From positions 18,600,001 to 18,664,000 of the forward strand of contig OY740811.1 in assembly GCA_963514005.1 (NCBI GenBank): a stretch of 64,000 bases of DNA, written 5' to 3'. This document shows, one piece after another, positions 40,901 through 55,900 of the stretch (positions within the stretch are counted from its first letter, which is position 1; the number at the start of each line of letters is the position of its first letter). Origin of the DNA: Raja brachyura (Eukaryota). The position numbers and the translations under genes were made by a program. The notes beneath the pieces are model-generated. The model saw only the letters and a program-made list of their open reading frames with translations, was not told the DNA's origin and ran no database searches.

Positions 40901-43900
40901 CAGCAATCTTTGACTTCAGGTCCATTTACCAGCGCTATCAACATATTGTTTAACATCCAGAAAACTAACAATCACTTCTGAATAACCTCGAATGCTCTCT
41001 GGAATGAAGAATGACAAAAATACACCACCTTCCGAGTGGAACAATTCATCGTATTTCAGTCCCAAAATATCATCCTCTCATTCTGAGACAGTGGTGCATG
41101 TAACTGGAGTCCAAAGCGACAGGTTTGACTTTCCATTCTACAATCCCTAGAGAAAAAGGTTCTAGTCTGAAGAAGGATCCCGACTAGAAACATCGTCTAT
41201 TCATGATCTCAGAGATGATGCCTGACACGATCAGTTACTCCACACTTTATTTCTTATTTTGTATTCGAATATCTGCTGTACTTTGTATTCCTATGTTTTG
41301 CAATTTCTTCTCATGTGGCGAAATCACAATTTGTGCTACCTTTCCCGTGAATCTGTTTCGCATTCCTTCCATGGCATGGACACCTTTCGTTTTCTTAATA
41401 AGCTGATAACTACAAGCAACTGTTAACGTTCAGGTGCACTGTTGCGTCTATAATCTGTTGTGGCAGTATTTTAATTTGGTTATTATGTAGTGTATATTAA
41501 AACATACAGGATGAAGCTGATAAGAGCTTTCATATTGCTGTTAACATTGCCCTCTTTATAATGGGAGGGGTATACTCACCAGGAGGTTCGGTAACTTCAC
41601 CTAAAAGGAGAAACAGACAATTCAATTTCAAGTTCAAGTGAGTTTATTGTCATCTGTCCCTGATGAGACAATGAAATTCTCTCTTTGCTTCAGCAGAACA
41701 GAACATGGTCGGCATTGACTACAAAACAGATCAGTGTGTTCATAACCATTATATAAATATATACACACATGAATAAATAAACTGATAAAGTGCAAATAAT
41801 AGATAATGGGTTATTAGTTTAGCTAATTCGGATAAGTCAGTTAATTATCCTTTGAAACATGTTCAGATTTAATGATTGTCAGCAAATATCTGCCCCATCT
41901 GTGCACGAGTCTGCACACCACACGTTGGCCTCATCAACCACATCAGAACTCATAGAACCCTAGATAAAGCATGCCACCCTCCAACCAAAGGTTCGTGGTT
42001 CATGGTCGTCCAAAATATTCCAAATGGAATTTAAACTGGAGGTGGCGGAGGGTGGACTTAAGCAAAAAAGGATTATTGGAGAAGAAGCGCTGCCTTAAAT
42101 TTAGTTGCGTCAGTTTGAGTAACTATGGTAGGGTGAAGACTATTCCATGCTTTAATTGTGCAGGGGAAGAATGAATTGCTGTACACATCTGTCTTGATAG
42201 CTGGTATCTCAAATTGGATCGTATGCCCTAATCTGGTCCTGATAGAGTTGGGTTTGGTGTAGGTTTGATAATCTCTGTCGAGTTGACCATTTAACATTTT
42301 GTAACAAGAAGTCAAACAGTGAGCTTGCTTCTCTCTCATAGGTATTCATAACAAATTGAGCTACCTGTCTTTGGACACGTTCGATGGAAGAAAGGGACTG
42401 TCAATAAGGAGGAGATTTTAAGGTGGGGTTGAATTTATTATTGGAAAGTCTGGAAATCATCAAACAAGGAAGAGGGTGACTATGCAAAATGTGAGTCTTT
42501 ATTACAGCCTGTGTTATAATCAGCTCCACTCATAATTCAGTAGCTAATATTCACAAATGATTTTTTACAATTGTCCCATACTCACAAAAGGAATCGGGGC
42601 AGGTGAATCGTATTCTGTAATCTTGACATGCGCGATCAGGTTGGTTGCTGTTCATACAAAAGAATCCAGTAGAAACGTTGCAACTGTTGAGTGAAATGTA
42701 GGGAGGTGTGATAAAGTAGTTGATAAAACTACTGATGCTCTTTGAATGAAATAATAGAAGTGCAATAATATAGTCAGCTATATTTTGTACCTGGCAAAGT
42801 TCTCTCCAGTCTGAGATGCCGGAATCCCTGACGTTGTCTCCACCTCACAGGCGATTGGATCCGTGCAGATCTGGCCGGGATTCTCATTTCGCAGATCTGG
42901 GAAGACTTCATAATCTCCAAATCCTGATGGGTTATCACGGTCAAACCACGGAGTTTTGCAATTTCCTACTGAAGAGCAGAAAGAGAAAGTAGATTGAAAT
43001 TGAACATTGGGTCTGACGGATTGACACAAAATGATGGCGCAAATTAGCACCAGGTAGCATCTCTCGAGGAAAGGAATAGGTGATGTTTCATGTTGAGACG
43101 CTTCTTCAGATTTCAGTCAGGGGAGAGAGATATTAGGGGTATGGAAAGTTTCAGAACAATTAAGAGCCTGCACTAACGGCCAAAGTTGATAATGAGGGGA
43201 TACAAACAATAAAATTTGCAGGATGATAAGGGGAGGTGAGCGATGGAGAGAGAGGGACGTGTTGAATTTCAAATAATGAATATACATAATGCTGGGTTGT
43301 AAGCTGAGCAAGTGAAATATGAGGGGCTGGTCCTCCAATTTCAATGTGGAGAACTCTGGCATTGGAGGTGTCCCAGGACAGAACGAGTCTGTCTCCACTG
43401 TCATTGTGCTTTTCTGTCCTGCACCACCTTCACTATCAGAGTAAGGCCTTTTGCAAATTGGAGTAACAGCACCTCATATTTTGGTTGGGTAGCTCACAAC
43501 CCAATAGTTTGCACATTAATTTCTCTAATTTCATGTCATCTTTATCTTCCAACTCTCTCCTTCTCTTCTCCACCTTAGTCGTCCGATAAGGTTTATTATT
43601 GTGGGCTCTTTGGCCATCGGTGCCAGCACTACTTTGTTTAGTACGTTTTCATACCTCTAGTTTCCCTCTTCCGTGTCTCTCAGACTGAAGACTGGTCTTG
43701 AAATAAAACGACATCTATTCATTTTCCCCAGAGATGCTGACCGACCCGCTGAGTAGCTCCAGCATTTTGAGAATATCATCGGAGTAAACAAGCATCTGCT
43801 GATCCGTTGTACACATTTGGTCTAGCAGACCTGATAGATTTGCTAACCTTGTTCGGCACAACTTACATGAACAATATTTCTCTTCAGAAAGCATCACATA

Positions 43901-46900
43901 CTCAAGTACATCACATACTCAATATTGTTGAATATCTGGTAGAAACTTTGGTTCTAGTCCGAAGAAGGGTCCCGACTAGAAACATCACCTACTCATGAAT
44001 CCCAGAGACGATGTCTGACGTGATCAGTTACTCCAGCACTTTGTTTCTTATTTTGTAATCCAATATCCGCTGTACTTTGTATTCCTAGTCTTTGTAATTT
44101 CTTTGCAGTTTCTTCTCATGCGGCTAAATCACAATTTCTGCTACCTTTCCCGTGAATTTGTTTTGCATTGCCTCCATGACATGGACATATTTTGTTTCCT
44201 TAATAAGCTGATAACTACAAACAACCCTTGAGGTTCAGTCGCACTGTTGCGTCTATAATCTGTTGTGGAAGTTTTTTTAACTTGGTTATTATGTAGCTGA
44301 TATTAAAACATACTGGATGAAGCTCATAAGAGCTTTCATATTGCTGTTAACATTGCCCTCTTTATAATGGGAGGGATATACTCACCAGGAGGTTTGGTAA
44401 CTTCACCTAAAAGGAGAAACAAACAATTCAGTTAAAAACATGTCTTTGAAACATGTTCAGATTTAATGATTGTCAGCAAATATCTGCCCCATCTGTGCAA
44501 GAGTCTGCACATCACATGTTGACCTCATCAACCACATCAGAACTCATAGAACCCTAGATGAAGCATGCTACCCTCCAACCAAAGGTTCTTGGTTCTTGGT
44601 TCTCGTAAAGAATTCGCACGTACACAGAGAAATCTTTACTACTACTTTATTAATTAAACACACACATCACTGCCCTAGCTGTATGTGGTCTGTCACGGAT
44701 ACTAGAGAGTGAGCTAAGGGTGAGAAGGTCACAATTATATTGAATGATAAGGGAAGTGCTTAGAAAGGGCTAGGTCACCACTACTAAAGGTGTACACACA
44801 TATCATCTACAGTTCTTGGTCGTCCAAAATATTCCAAATGGAATTTAAACTGGAGGTGGCGGAGGGTGGACTTAAGCAAAAAAGGATTCTTGGAGAAGAA
44901 GCGCTAACTTAAATTTGGTTGCGTCTGGTTGAGTAACTATGGTAGGCTGAAGACTATTCCATGCTTTAATTATGCAGGGGAAAAATGAATTTCTGTACAC
45001 ATCTGTCTTGGTAGCTGGTATCTCAAATAGGGTCGAATGTCCTTGTCTGCTCCAGATAGATTTGGGTTTGGTGTAGGTTTGATAATCTCTGTCGAGTTGA
45101 CCATTTTGTGAAAACAAGTCAAACTGAGAGCTTTACGTCTGTCTTGGACAGGGTTCCACCCCAGTGAATTCAGAAGTTTGGTAACACTCGCTTCTCTCTC
45201 ATAGGTATTCGTAACAAATCGAACGACCTGTCTTTGGACACGTTCGATGCAAGAAAGGGACTGTCAATAAGGAGGAGTGTTTAAGGTGGGGTTGAAGTTA
45301 CTATTGGAAAGTCTGGAAATCAGCAAACAACGGACAAGGAAGAGGGTGGCTAAGGAAAAGGTGAGTATTTATTACAGCCTGTGTTATAATCAGCTCCACT
45401 CATAATTCAGTAGCTAGTATTCACAAATGATTTTTTACAATTGTCTCATACTCACAAAAGGAATCGGGGCAGGTGAATCGTATTCTGTAATCTTGACATG
45501 TGCTATCAGGTTGGTTGCTGTTCATACAAAAGAATCCAGTAGAAACGTTGCAACTGTTGAGTAGAATGTAGGGAGGTGTGATAAAGTAGTTGATAAAACT
45601 ACTGATGCTCTTTGAATGAAATAATAGAAGTGCAATAATATGGCCGGCTATAATTTGTACCTGGTAATGTTCTCTCCAGTCTGAGAGGCCGGAATCCCTG
45701 ACGTTGTTTCCACCTCACAGGCGATTGGATCCGTGCAGATCTGACCGGGGTTCTCATTTCGCAGATTGGGGAAGACTTCATAATCTCCAAATCCTGATGG
45801 GTTATCACGGTCAAACCACGCAGTTTTGCAATTCCCTACTGAAGAGCAGAAAGAGAAAGTAGATTCAAAGTGAACATTGGTTCTGATGGATTGACACAAA
45901 ATGATGGAACAAATTAGCTAGGCAGGTCGCATCGCTAGAGGAAAGGAATAGGTGATGTTTAATGACGAGACCTTTCTTCGGACTGACAGTCAGGGGAGAG
46001 AGAAATTAAAGGTGTGAAATGGTAGAGAACAAATCAGACCCTGACCTAATGGCCGACGAGCCCACATGGTCCATTGTTGGCTTTGGAGGAGGTGATAACA
46101 AGGGGATACAAACAGTAAAAGAAGCAGGATGATTAGGGCAGGTGAGGGATGGAGAGAGAGGGCCTGCAAGGATACACATGAAATAATGCTGGTTTGTAAG
46201 CTGAGCAAGTGAAATATGAGGTGCTGTTCCTTCAATTTGTATGTGGCCAGACTCTGACAGTGGAGGTGGCCCAGGACAGAACGGGTCTGCACTGTCAGAG
46301 TACTTTTCTGTCCTGAGCCACCTCCACGGTGAGTGTAAGGCCATAAGCATATTGGAGTAAGAGCACCTCATACTTTGGTTGGGAAGCTTAAACCCAATGT
46401 TGTGCATATTAATTTCTCTAATTTCATGTAATCTTTGCCTTCCACCTCTCTCCTTCTCCAACTGAGTCGTCCGATGAGGTTTATTATTGTAGGCTCTTTT
46501 GCCATCGGTGCCAGCTCTGATTTGTTCTCTGCCTTTTCATAGCTCTAGTTTTCCTCCCCCCTGACTCGCAGACTGAAAACAAGTCTCTAGCCGCAACACC
46601 ATCTATTCCTTTTCTACAGAGATGCTGAGTAGCTCCAGCATTTTGTGTCTAACTTCAGAGTAAACCAGCATCTGCAGATCCTTTGTACACATTTGGTCTA
46701 ATAGACCTGATAGTTTTGTTAACCATGTTGGGCACAACTTACATGAACAATATTTCTCTTCAGAACGCATCACATACTCAAGCACATGAGACCTGGTCCC
46801 AGCTCCCTCCACCTTCTTCACTGTTCTGTCCATCACTTCATTTTCTTCTTCTTGCCCCATATTTGCTGATGATGGTGACTGTTTCTCTCACTGCTACCAT

Positions 46901-49900
46901 TGGTCCTGACCCCTTCACATCAATCACCATCATTCTCTCCTCAATAATATCCCAACTTTGTAAAATACCAAGTCACAGAATCAGTACGTAATCCATGTCT
47001 AGGTTTTCTGGTCCTCCTCGTGTCAATCCCACCTCCTGTGATCCTGAATCATGCCTGGCAGAATACTCAAATGGCTCTTATTTGAGTCTCTTTCCTCATG
47101 TGAACAAGTGCTGTCAGAGGACCGGAGAAACGCAGAAGTTACTCCTTTGTTCAAGAGAGGGACAAAGATGATCCCAAAAAATGACAGGCCTTTGCGATTA
47201 ATCAACATCACACATGAAGTTGATGTGAGTACTCTAGTTGACTTCTAACACATAAATCAGAACATCAATCAAGAAAGTAAGAATTAGGAGCAGGAGACAG
47301 AGATATGGCCATTTCAACCAGCAATCTTTGACTTCAGGTCCATTTACCAGCACTATGAACATATTGTTTAACATCCAGAAAACTAACAATCACTTCTGAA
47401 TAACCTCGAATGCTCTCTGGAATGAAGAATGACAAAAATACACCACCTTCCGAGTGAAACAATTTATCGTATTTCAGTCCCAAAATATCATCCTCTCATT
47501 CTGAGACAGTGGTGCATGTAACTGGAGTCCAAAGCGACAGGTATGATTTCCATTCTACAATCCCTAGAGAAAAAGGTTCTAGTCTGAAGAAGGATCCCGA
47601 CTAGAAACATCGCCTATTCATGATCTCAGAGATGATGCCTGACACGATCAGTTACTCCACACTTTATTTCTTATTTTGTATTCGAATATCTGCTGTACTT
47701 TGTATTCCTATTTTTTGCAATTTCTTTTATGTGGCTAAATCACAACTTCTGCTACCTTTCCCGTGAATCTGTTTCGCATTCCTTCCATGGCATGGACACC
47801 TTTCACTTTCTTAATAAGCTGCTAACTACAAGCAACTGTTGAGGTTCAGTTGCACTGTTGCGTCTATAATCTGTTGTGGCAGTATTTTAACTTGGTTATT
47901 ATGTCGCGTATATTAAAACATACTGGATGAAGCTCATAAGAGCTTTCATATTGCTGTTAACATTGCCCTCTTTATAATGGGAGGGGTATACTCACCAGGA
48001 GGTTCGGTAACTTCACCTAAAAGGAGAAACAAACAATTCAAGTTCAAGTTCAAGTGAGTTTATTGTCATGTGTCCCTGATGTGACAATGAAATTCTTGCT
48101 TTGCTTCAGCACAACAGAACATAGTAGACAGTGACTACAAAACAGATCAGTGAGTTCATATACCATTATATAAATGTATACACACATGAATAAATAAACT
48201 GATAAAGTGCAAATAACAGATAATGGGTTATTAGTTTAGTTAATTCGGATAATTCAGTTAATTATCCTTTGAAACATGTTCAGATTTAATGATTGTCAGC
48301 AAATATCTGCCCCATCTGTGCACGAGTCTGCACACCACACGTTGGCCTCATCAACCACATCAGAACTCATAGAACCAGAGATGAAGCATGCCACCCTCCA
48401 ACCAAAGGTTCTTGGTTCATGGTCGTCCAAAATATTCCAAATGGAATTTAAACTGGAGGTGGCGGAGGGTGGACTTAAGCAAAAAAACGTATTATTGGAA
48501 AAGAAGCGCTACCTTAAATTTAGTTGCGTCAGGTTGAGTAACTATGGTAGGGTGAAGACTATTCCATGCTTTAATTGTGCAGGGGAAGAATGAATTGCTG
48601 TACACATCTGTCTTCATAGCTGGTATCTCAAATTGGATCGTATGCCCTAATCTGGTCCTAATAGAGTTGGGTTTGGTGTAGGTTTGATAATCTCTGTCGA
48701 GTTGACCATTTAACATTTTGTAAAAACAAATCAAACAGTGAGCTTGCTTCTCTCTCATAGGTATTCGTAACAAATTGAGCTACCTGTCTTTGGACACGTT
48801 CGATTGAAGAAAGGGACTGTCAATAAGGAGGAGTTTTTAAGGTGGGGTTGAATTTATTATTGGAAAGTCTGGAAATCATCAAACAAGGAAGAGGGTGACT
48901 ATGCAAAATGTGAGTCTTTATTACAGCCTGTGTTATAATCAGCTCCACTCATAATTCAGTAGCTAATATTCACAAATGATTTTTTACAATTGTCCCATAC
49001 TCACAAAAGGAATCGGGGCAGGTGAATCGTATTCTGTAATCTTGACATGAGCCATCAGGTTGGTTGCTGTTCATACAAAAGAATCCAGTAGAAACGTTGC
49101 AACTGTTGAGTGAAATGTAGGGAGGTGTGATAAAGTAGTTGATAAAACTACTGATGCTCTTTGAATGAATTAATAGAAGTGCAATAATATAGTCAGCTAT
49201 AATTTGTACCTGGTAATGTTCTCTCCAGTCTGAGATGCCGGAATCCCTGACGTTGTTTCCACCTCACAGGCGATTGGATCCGTGCAGATCTGACCGGGAT
49301 TCTCATTTCGCAGATTGGGGAAGACTTCATAATCTCCAAATCCTGATGGGTTATCACGGTCAAACCACACAGTTTTGCAATTCCCTACTGAAGAGCAGAA
49401 AGAGAAAGTAGATTCAAAGTGAACATTGGTTCTGATGGATTGACACAAAATGATGGAGCAAATTAGCTAGGCAGGTCGCATCTCTAGAGGAAAGGAATAG
49501 GTGATGTTTAATGACGAGACCTTTCTTCGGACTGACAGTCGGGGGAGAGAGAAATTAGAGGTGTGAAAAGGTAGAGAACAAATCAGACCCTGACCTAATG
49601 GCCTAAGAGCCCACATGGTCCATTGTTGGCTTTGGAGGAGGTGATAACAAGGGGATACAAACAGTAAAAAAGCAGGATGATTAGGGCAGGTGAGGGATGG
49701 AGAGGGAGGGAATGCAAGGGTTACATGAATTTAAAATAATCAATATACATAATGCTGGTTTGTAAGCTGAGCAAGTGAAATATGAGGTGCTATTCCTTCA
49801 ATTTGTATGTGACCACACTCTGACAGTGGAGGTGGCCCAGGACAGAACGGGTCTGCACTGTCAGAGTACTTTTCTGTCCTGAGCCACCTCCACGGTGAGT

Positions 49901-52900
49901 GTAAGGCCATAAGCATATTGGAGTAAGAACACCTCATATTTTGGTTGGGAAGCTTAAACCCAAAGTTATGCATATTAATTTCTCTAATTTCATGTAATCT
50001 TTGCCTTCCACCTCTCTCCTTCTCCAACATAGTCGTCCGATGAGGTTTATTATTGTAGGCTCTTTTGCCATCGGTGCCAGCTCTGATTTGTTCTCTGCCT
50101 TTTCATAGCTCTAGATTCCCTACCCCTGAATCGCAGAGTGAAGACAGGTCTCGAGCCGCAACGCCATCTATTCCTTTTCTACAGAGATGCTGAGTAGCTC
50201 CAGCATTTTGTGTCTATCTTCGGAGTAAAACCAGCATCTGCAGATCCTTTGTACATATTTGGTCTAATGGACCTGATAGTTTTGTTAATCTTGTTGGGCA
50301 CAACTTACACAAATACTATTTCTCTTCAGACCGCATCACATACTCAAGCACATGAGACCTGGTCCCAGCTCCCTCCACCTTCTTCACTGTTCTGTCCATC
50401 ACTTCATTTTCTTCTTCTTGCCCCATATTTGCTGATGTTGGTGACTGTTTCTCTCACTGCTACCATTGGTCCTGACCCCTTCACAGCAATCACCATCATT
50501 CTCTCCTCAATAATATCCCAACTTTGTAAAATACCAAGTCACAGAATCAGTACGTAATCCATGTCTAGGTTTTCTGGTCCTCCTCGTGTCAATCCCACCT
50601 CCTGTGATCCTGAATCATGCCTGGCAGAATACTCAAATGGCTCTTATTTGAGTCTCTTTCCTCATGTGAACAAGTGCTGTCAGAGGACCGGAGAAACGCA
50701 GAAGTTACTCCTTTGTTCAAGAGAGGGACAAAGATGATCCAAAAAATGACAGGCCTTTACGATGAATCAACACCACACATGAAGTTGATGTGAGTACTCT
50801 AGTTGACTTCTAACACATAAATCAGATCAATCAAGAAAGTAAGAATTAGGAGCAGGAGACAGAGATATGGCCATTTCAACCAGCAATCTTTGACTTCAGG
50901 TCCATTTACCAGCACTATCAACATATTGTTTAACATCCAGAAAACTAACAATCACTTCTGAATAACCTCGAATGCTCTCTGGAATGAAGAATGACAAAAA
51001 TACACCACCTTCCGAGTGAAACAATTTATCGTATTTCAGTCCCAAAATATCATCCTCTCATTCTGAGACAGTGGTGCATGTAACTGGAGTCCAAAGCGAC
51101 AGATATGACTTTCCATTCTACAATCCCTAGAGAAAAAGGTTCTGGTCTGAAGAAGGATCCCGACTAGAAACATCGCCTATGTATGATCTCAGAGATGATG
51201 CCTGACACGATCAGTTACTCCACACTTTGTTTCTTATTTTGTATTTGAATATCTGCTGTACTTTGTATTCCTATGTTTTGCAATTTCTTCTCATGTGGCT
51301 AAATCCCAATTTCCGCTACCTTTCCCGTGAATCTGTTTCGCATTCCTTCCATGGCATGGACACCTTTCGTTTTCTTAATAAGCTGATAACTACAAGCAAC
51401 TGTTGAGGTTCAGTTGCACTGTTGCGTCTATAATCTGTTGTGGCAGTATTTTAACTTGGTTATTATGTAGCGTATATTAAAACATACTGGACGAAGCTGA
51501 TAAGAGCTTTCATATTGCTGTTAACATTGCCCTCTTTATAATGGGAGGGGTATACTCACCAGGAGGTTCGGTAACTTCACCTAAAAGGAGAAACAAACAA
51601 TTCAAGTTCAAGTTCAAGTGAGTTTATTGTCATCTGTCCCTGATGAGACAATGAAATTCTCTCTTTGCTTCAGCACAACAGAACGTAGTCGGCATTGACT
51701 ACAAAACAGATCAGTGTGTTCATAACCATTATATAAATATATACACACATGAATAAATAAACTGATCAAGTGCAAATAATAGATAATGGGTTATTAGTTT
51801 AGCTAATTTGGACAATTCAGTTAATTATCCTTTGAAACATGTTCAGATTTAATGATTGTCAGCAAATATCTGCCCCATCTGTGCACGAGTCTGCACACCA
51901 CACGTTGGCCTCATCAACCACATCAGAACTCATAGAACCAGAGATGAAGCATGCCACCCTCCAACCAACGGTTCTTCGTTCATGGTCGTCCATAATATTC
52001 CAAATGGAATTTAAACTGGAGGTGGCGGAGGGTGGACTTAAGCAAAAAAGGATTATTGGAAAAGAAGCGCTACCTTAAATTTAGTTGCGTCAGGTTGAGT
52101 AACTATGGTAGGGTGAAGACTATTCCATGCTTTAATTGTGCAGGGAAAGAATGAATTGCTGTGCACATCTGTCTTGATAGCTGGTATCTCAAATTGGATC
52201 GTATGCCCTAATCTGGTCCTGATAGAGTTGGGTTTGGTGTAGGTTTGATAATCTCTGTCGAGTTGACGATTTAACATTTTGTAAAAACAAATCAAACAGT
52301 GAGCTTGCTTCTCTCTCATAGGCATTCGTAACAAATTGAGCTACCTGTCTTTGGACACGTTCGATGGAAGAAAGGGACTGTCAATAAGGAGGAGTTTTTA
52401 AGGTGGGGTTGAATTTATTATTGGAAAGTCTGGAAATCAGCAAACCGAGGACAAGGAAGAGGGTGACTAAGCAAAATGTGAGTCTTTATTACAGCCTGTG
52501 TTATAATCAGCTCCACTCATAATTCAGTAGCTAATATTCACAAATGATTTTTTACAAGTGTCTCATACTCACAAAAGGAATCGGGGCAGGTGAATCGTAT
52601 TCTGTAATCTTGACATGAGCCATCAGGTTGGTTGCTGTTCATACAAAAGAATCCAGTAGAAACGTTGCAACTGTTGAGTGAAATGTAGGGAGGTGTGATA
52701 AAGTAGTTGATAAAACTACTGATGCTCTTTGAATGAATTAATAGAAGTGCAATAATATAGTCAGCTATATTTTGTACCTGGTAATGTTCTCTCCAGTCTG
52801 AGATGCCGGAATCCCTGACGTTGTTTCCACCTCACAGGCGATTGGATCCATGCAGATCTGACCGGGATTCTCATTTCGCAGATTGGGGAAGACTTCATAA

Positions 52901-55900
52901 TCTCCAAATCCTGATGGGTTATCACGGTCAAACCACACAGTTTTGCAATTCCCTACTGAAGAGCAGAAAGAGAAAGTAGATTCAAAGTGAACATTGGTTC
53001 TGATGGATTGACACAAAATGATGGAGCAAATTAGCTAGGCAGGTCGCATCGCTAGAGTAAAGGAATAGGTGATGGTTAATGACGAGACATTTCTTCAGAC
53101 TGACAGTCAGGGGAGAGTGAAATTAGTGGTGTGAAAAAGTACAGAACAAATCAGACTCTGACCTAATGGCCTAAGAGCCCACATGGTCCATTGATGGCTT
53201 TGGAGGAGGTGATAACAAGGGGATACAAACAGGAAAAGAAGCAGGATGATTAGGGCAGGTGAGGGATGGAGAGGGAGGGAATGCAAGGGTTACATGAATT
53301 TAAAATAATCAATATACATAATGCTGGTTTGAAAGCTGAGCAAGTGAAATATGAGGTGCTATTCCTTCAATTTGTATGTGACTACACTCTGACAGTGGAG
53401 GTGACCCAGGACAGAACGGGTCTGCACTGTCAGAGTACTTTTCTGTCCTGGGCCACCTCCACGGTGAGAGTAAGGCCATAAGCATATTGGAGTAAGAGCA
53501 CCTCATATTTTGGTTGGGAAGCTTAAACCCAATGTTATGCATATCAATTTCTCTAATTTCATGTAATCTTTGCCTTCCACCTCTCTCCTTCTCCAACATA
53601 GTCGTCCGATGAGGCTTATTATTGTAGGCTCTTTTGCCATCGGTGCCAGCTCTGATTTGTTCTCTGCCTTTTCGTAGCTCTAGTTTTCCTCTCCCCTGAC
53701 TCGCAGACTGAAGACAGGTCTCGAGCCGCAACGCCATCTATTCCTTTTCTACAGAGATGCTGAGTAGCTCCAGCATTTTCTTTCAATCTTCAGAGTAAAC
53801 CAGCATCTGCAGATCCTTTGTACACGTTTGGTCTAATGGACCTGATAGTTTTGTTAATCTTGTTGGGCACAACTTTCATGAATAATATTTCTCTTCAGAC
53901 CGCATCACATGCTCAAGCACATGAGACCTGGTTCCAGCTCCCTCCACCTTCTTCACTGTTCTGTCCATCTCTTCACTTTTTTCTGCTTGCCCCATATTTG
54001 CTGATATAGGTGAATGTTTCCTCTCATTGCTGCCATTGGTCCTGACCCCTTCACATCAATCACCATCACCCTCACCTCAATAATATCCCAACTTTGTAAA
54101 ATACCAGCCTGATACCAAGTCACAGAATCAGTACGTAATCCATGTCTAGGTTTTCTGGTCCTCCTCGTGTCAATTCCACCTCCTGCAATCATGAATCATG
54201 CCTGGCGGAATACTCAAATGACTCTTAAGTGAGTCACTTTCCTCACGTGAACAAGTGTTGTCAGAGGACCGGAAAAACGCAGATGGTACTCCTTTGTTCA
54301 AGATAGGGGCAAAGATGATCCCAAAAAATGACAGGCCTTTACGATGAATCAACACCACACATGAAGTTGATGTGAGTACTCTAGTTGACTTCTAACACAT
54401 AAATCAGATCAATCAAGAAAGTAAGAATTAGGAGCAGGAGACAGAGATATGGCCATTTGAACCAGCAATCTTTGACTTCAGGTCCATTTACCAGCACTAT
54501 CAACATATTGTTTAACATCCAGAAAACTAACAATCACTTCTGAATAACCTCGAATGCTCTCTGGAATGAAGAATGACAAAAATACACCACCTTCCGAGTG
54601 AAACAATTTATCGTATTTCAGTCCCAAAATATCATCCTCTCATTCTGAGACAGTGGTGCATGTAACTGGAGTCCAAAGCGACAGATATGACTTTCCATTC
54701 TACAATCCCTAGAGAAAAAGGTTCTGGTCTGAAGAAGGATCCCGACTAGAAACATCGCCTATGTATGATCTCAGAGATGATGCCTGACACGATCAGTTAC
54801 TCCACACTTTGTTTCTTATTTTGTATTTGAATATCTGCTGTACTTTGTATTCCTATGTTTTGCAATTTCTTCTCATGTGGCTAAATCCCAATTTCCGCTA
54901 CCTTTCCCGTGAATCTGTTTCGCATTCCTTCCATGGCATGGACACCTTTCGTTTTCTTAATAAGCTGATAACTACAAGCAACTGTTGAGGTTCAGTTGCA
55001 CTGTTGCGTCTATAATCTGTTGTGGCAGTATTTTAACTTGGTTATTATGTAGCGTATATTAAAACATACTGGACGAAGCTGATAAGAGCTTTCATATTGC
55101 TGTTAACATTGCCCTCTTTATAATGGGAGGGGTATACTCACCAGGAGGTTCGGTAACTTCACCTAAAAGGAGAAACAAACAATTCAAGTTCAAGTTCAAG
55201 TGAGTTTATTGTCATCTGTCCCTGATGAGACAATGAAATTCTCTCTTTGCTTCAGCACAACAGAACGTAGTCGGCATTGACTACAAAACAGATCAGTGTG
55301 TTCATAACCATTATATAAATATATACACACATGAATAAATAAACTGATCAAGTGCAAATAATAGATAATGGGTTATTAGTTTAGCTAATTTGGACAATTC
55401 AGTTAATTATCCTTTGAAACATGTTCAGATTTAATGATTGTCAGCAAATATCTGCCCCATCTGTGCACGAGTCTGCACACCACACGTTGGCCTCATCAAC
55501 CACATCAGAACTCATAGAACCAGAGATGAAGCATGCCACCCTCCAACCAACGGTTCTTCGTTCATGGTCGTCCATAATATTCCAAATGGAATTTAAACTG
55601 GAGGTGGCGGAGGGTGGACTTAAGCAAAAAAGGATTATTGGAAAAGAAGCGCTACCTTAAATTTAGTTGCGTCAGGTTGAGTAACTATGGTAGGGTGAAG
55701 ACTATTCCATGCTTTAATTGTGCAGGGAAAGAATGAATTGCTGTGCACATCTGTCTTGATAGCTGGTATCTCAAATTGGATCGTATGCCCTAATCTGGTC
55801 CTGATAGAGTTGGGTTTGGTGTAGGTTTGATAATCTCTGTCGAGTTGACGATTTAACATTTTGTAAAAACAAATCAAACAGTGAGCTTGCTTCTCTCTCA

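Noticed and set aside
44470-44712. C2H2 zinc-finger gene
   Set aside because: A single finger matching an RTE LINE C-terminus; the ORF runs into a LINE tail and LTR and is disrupted in other units.
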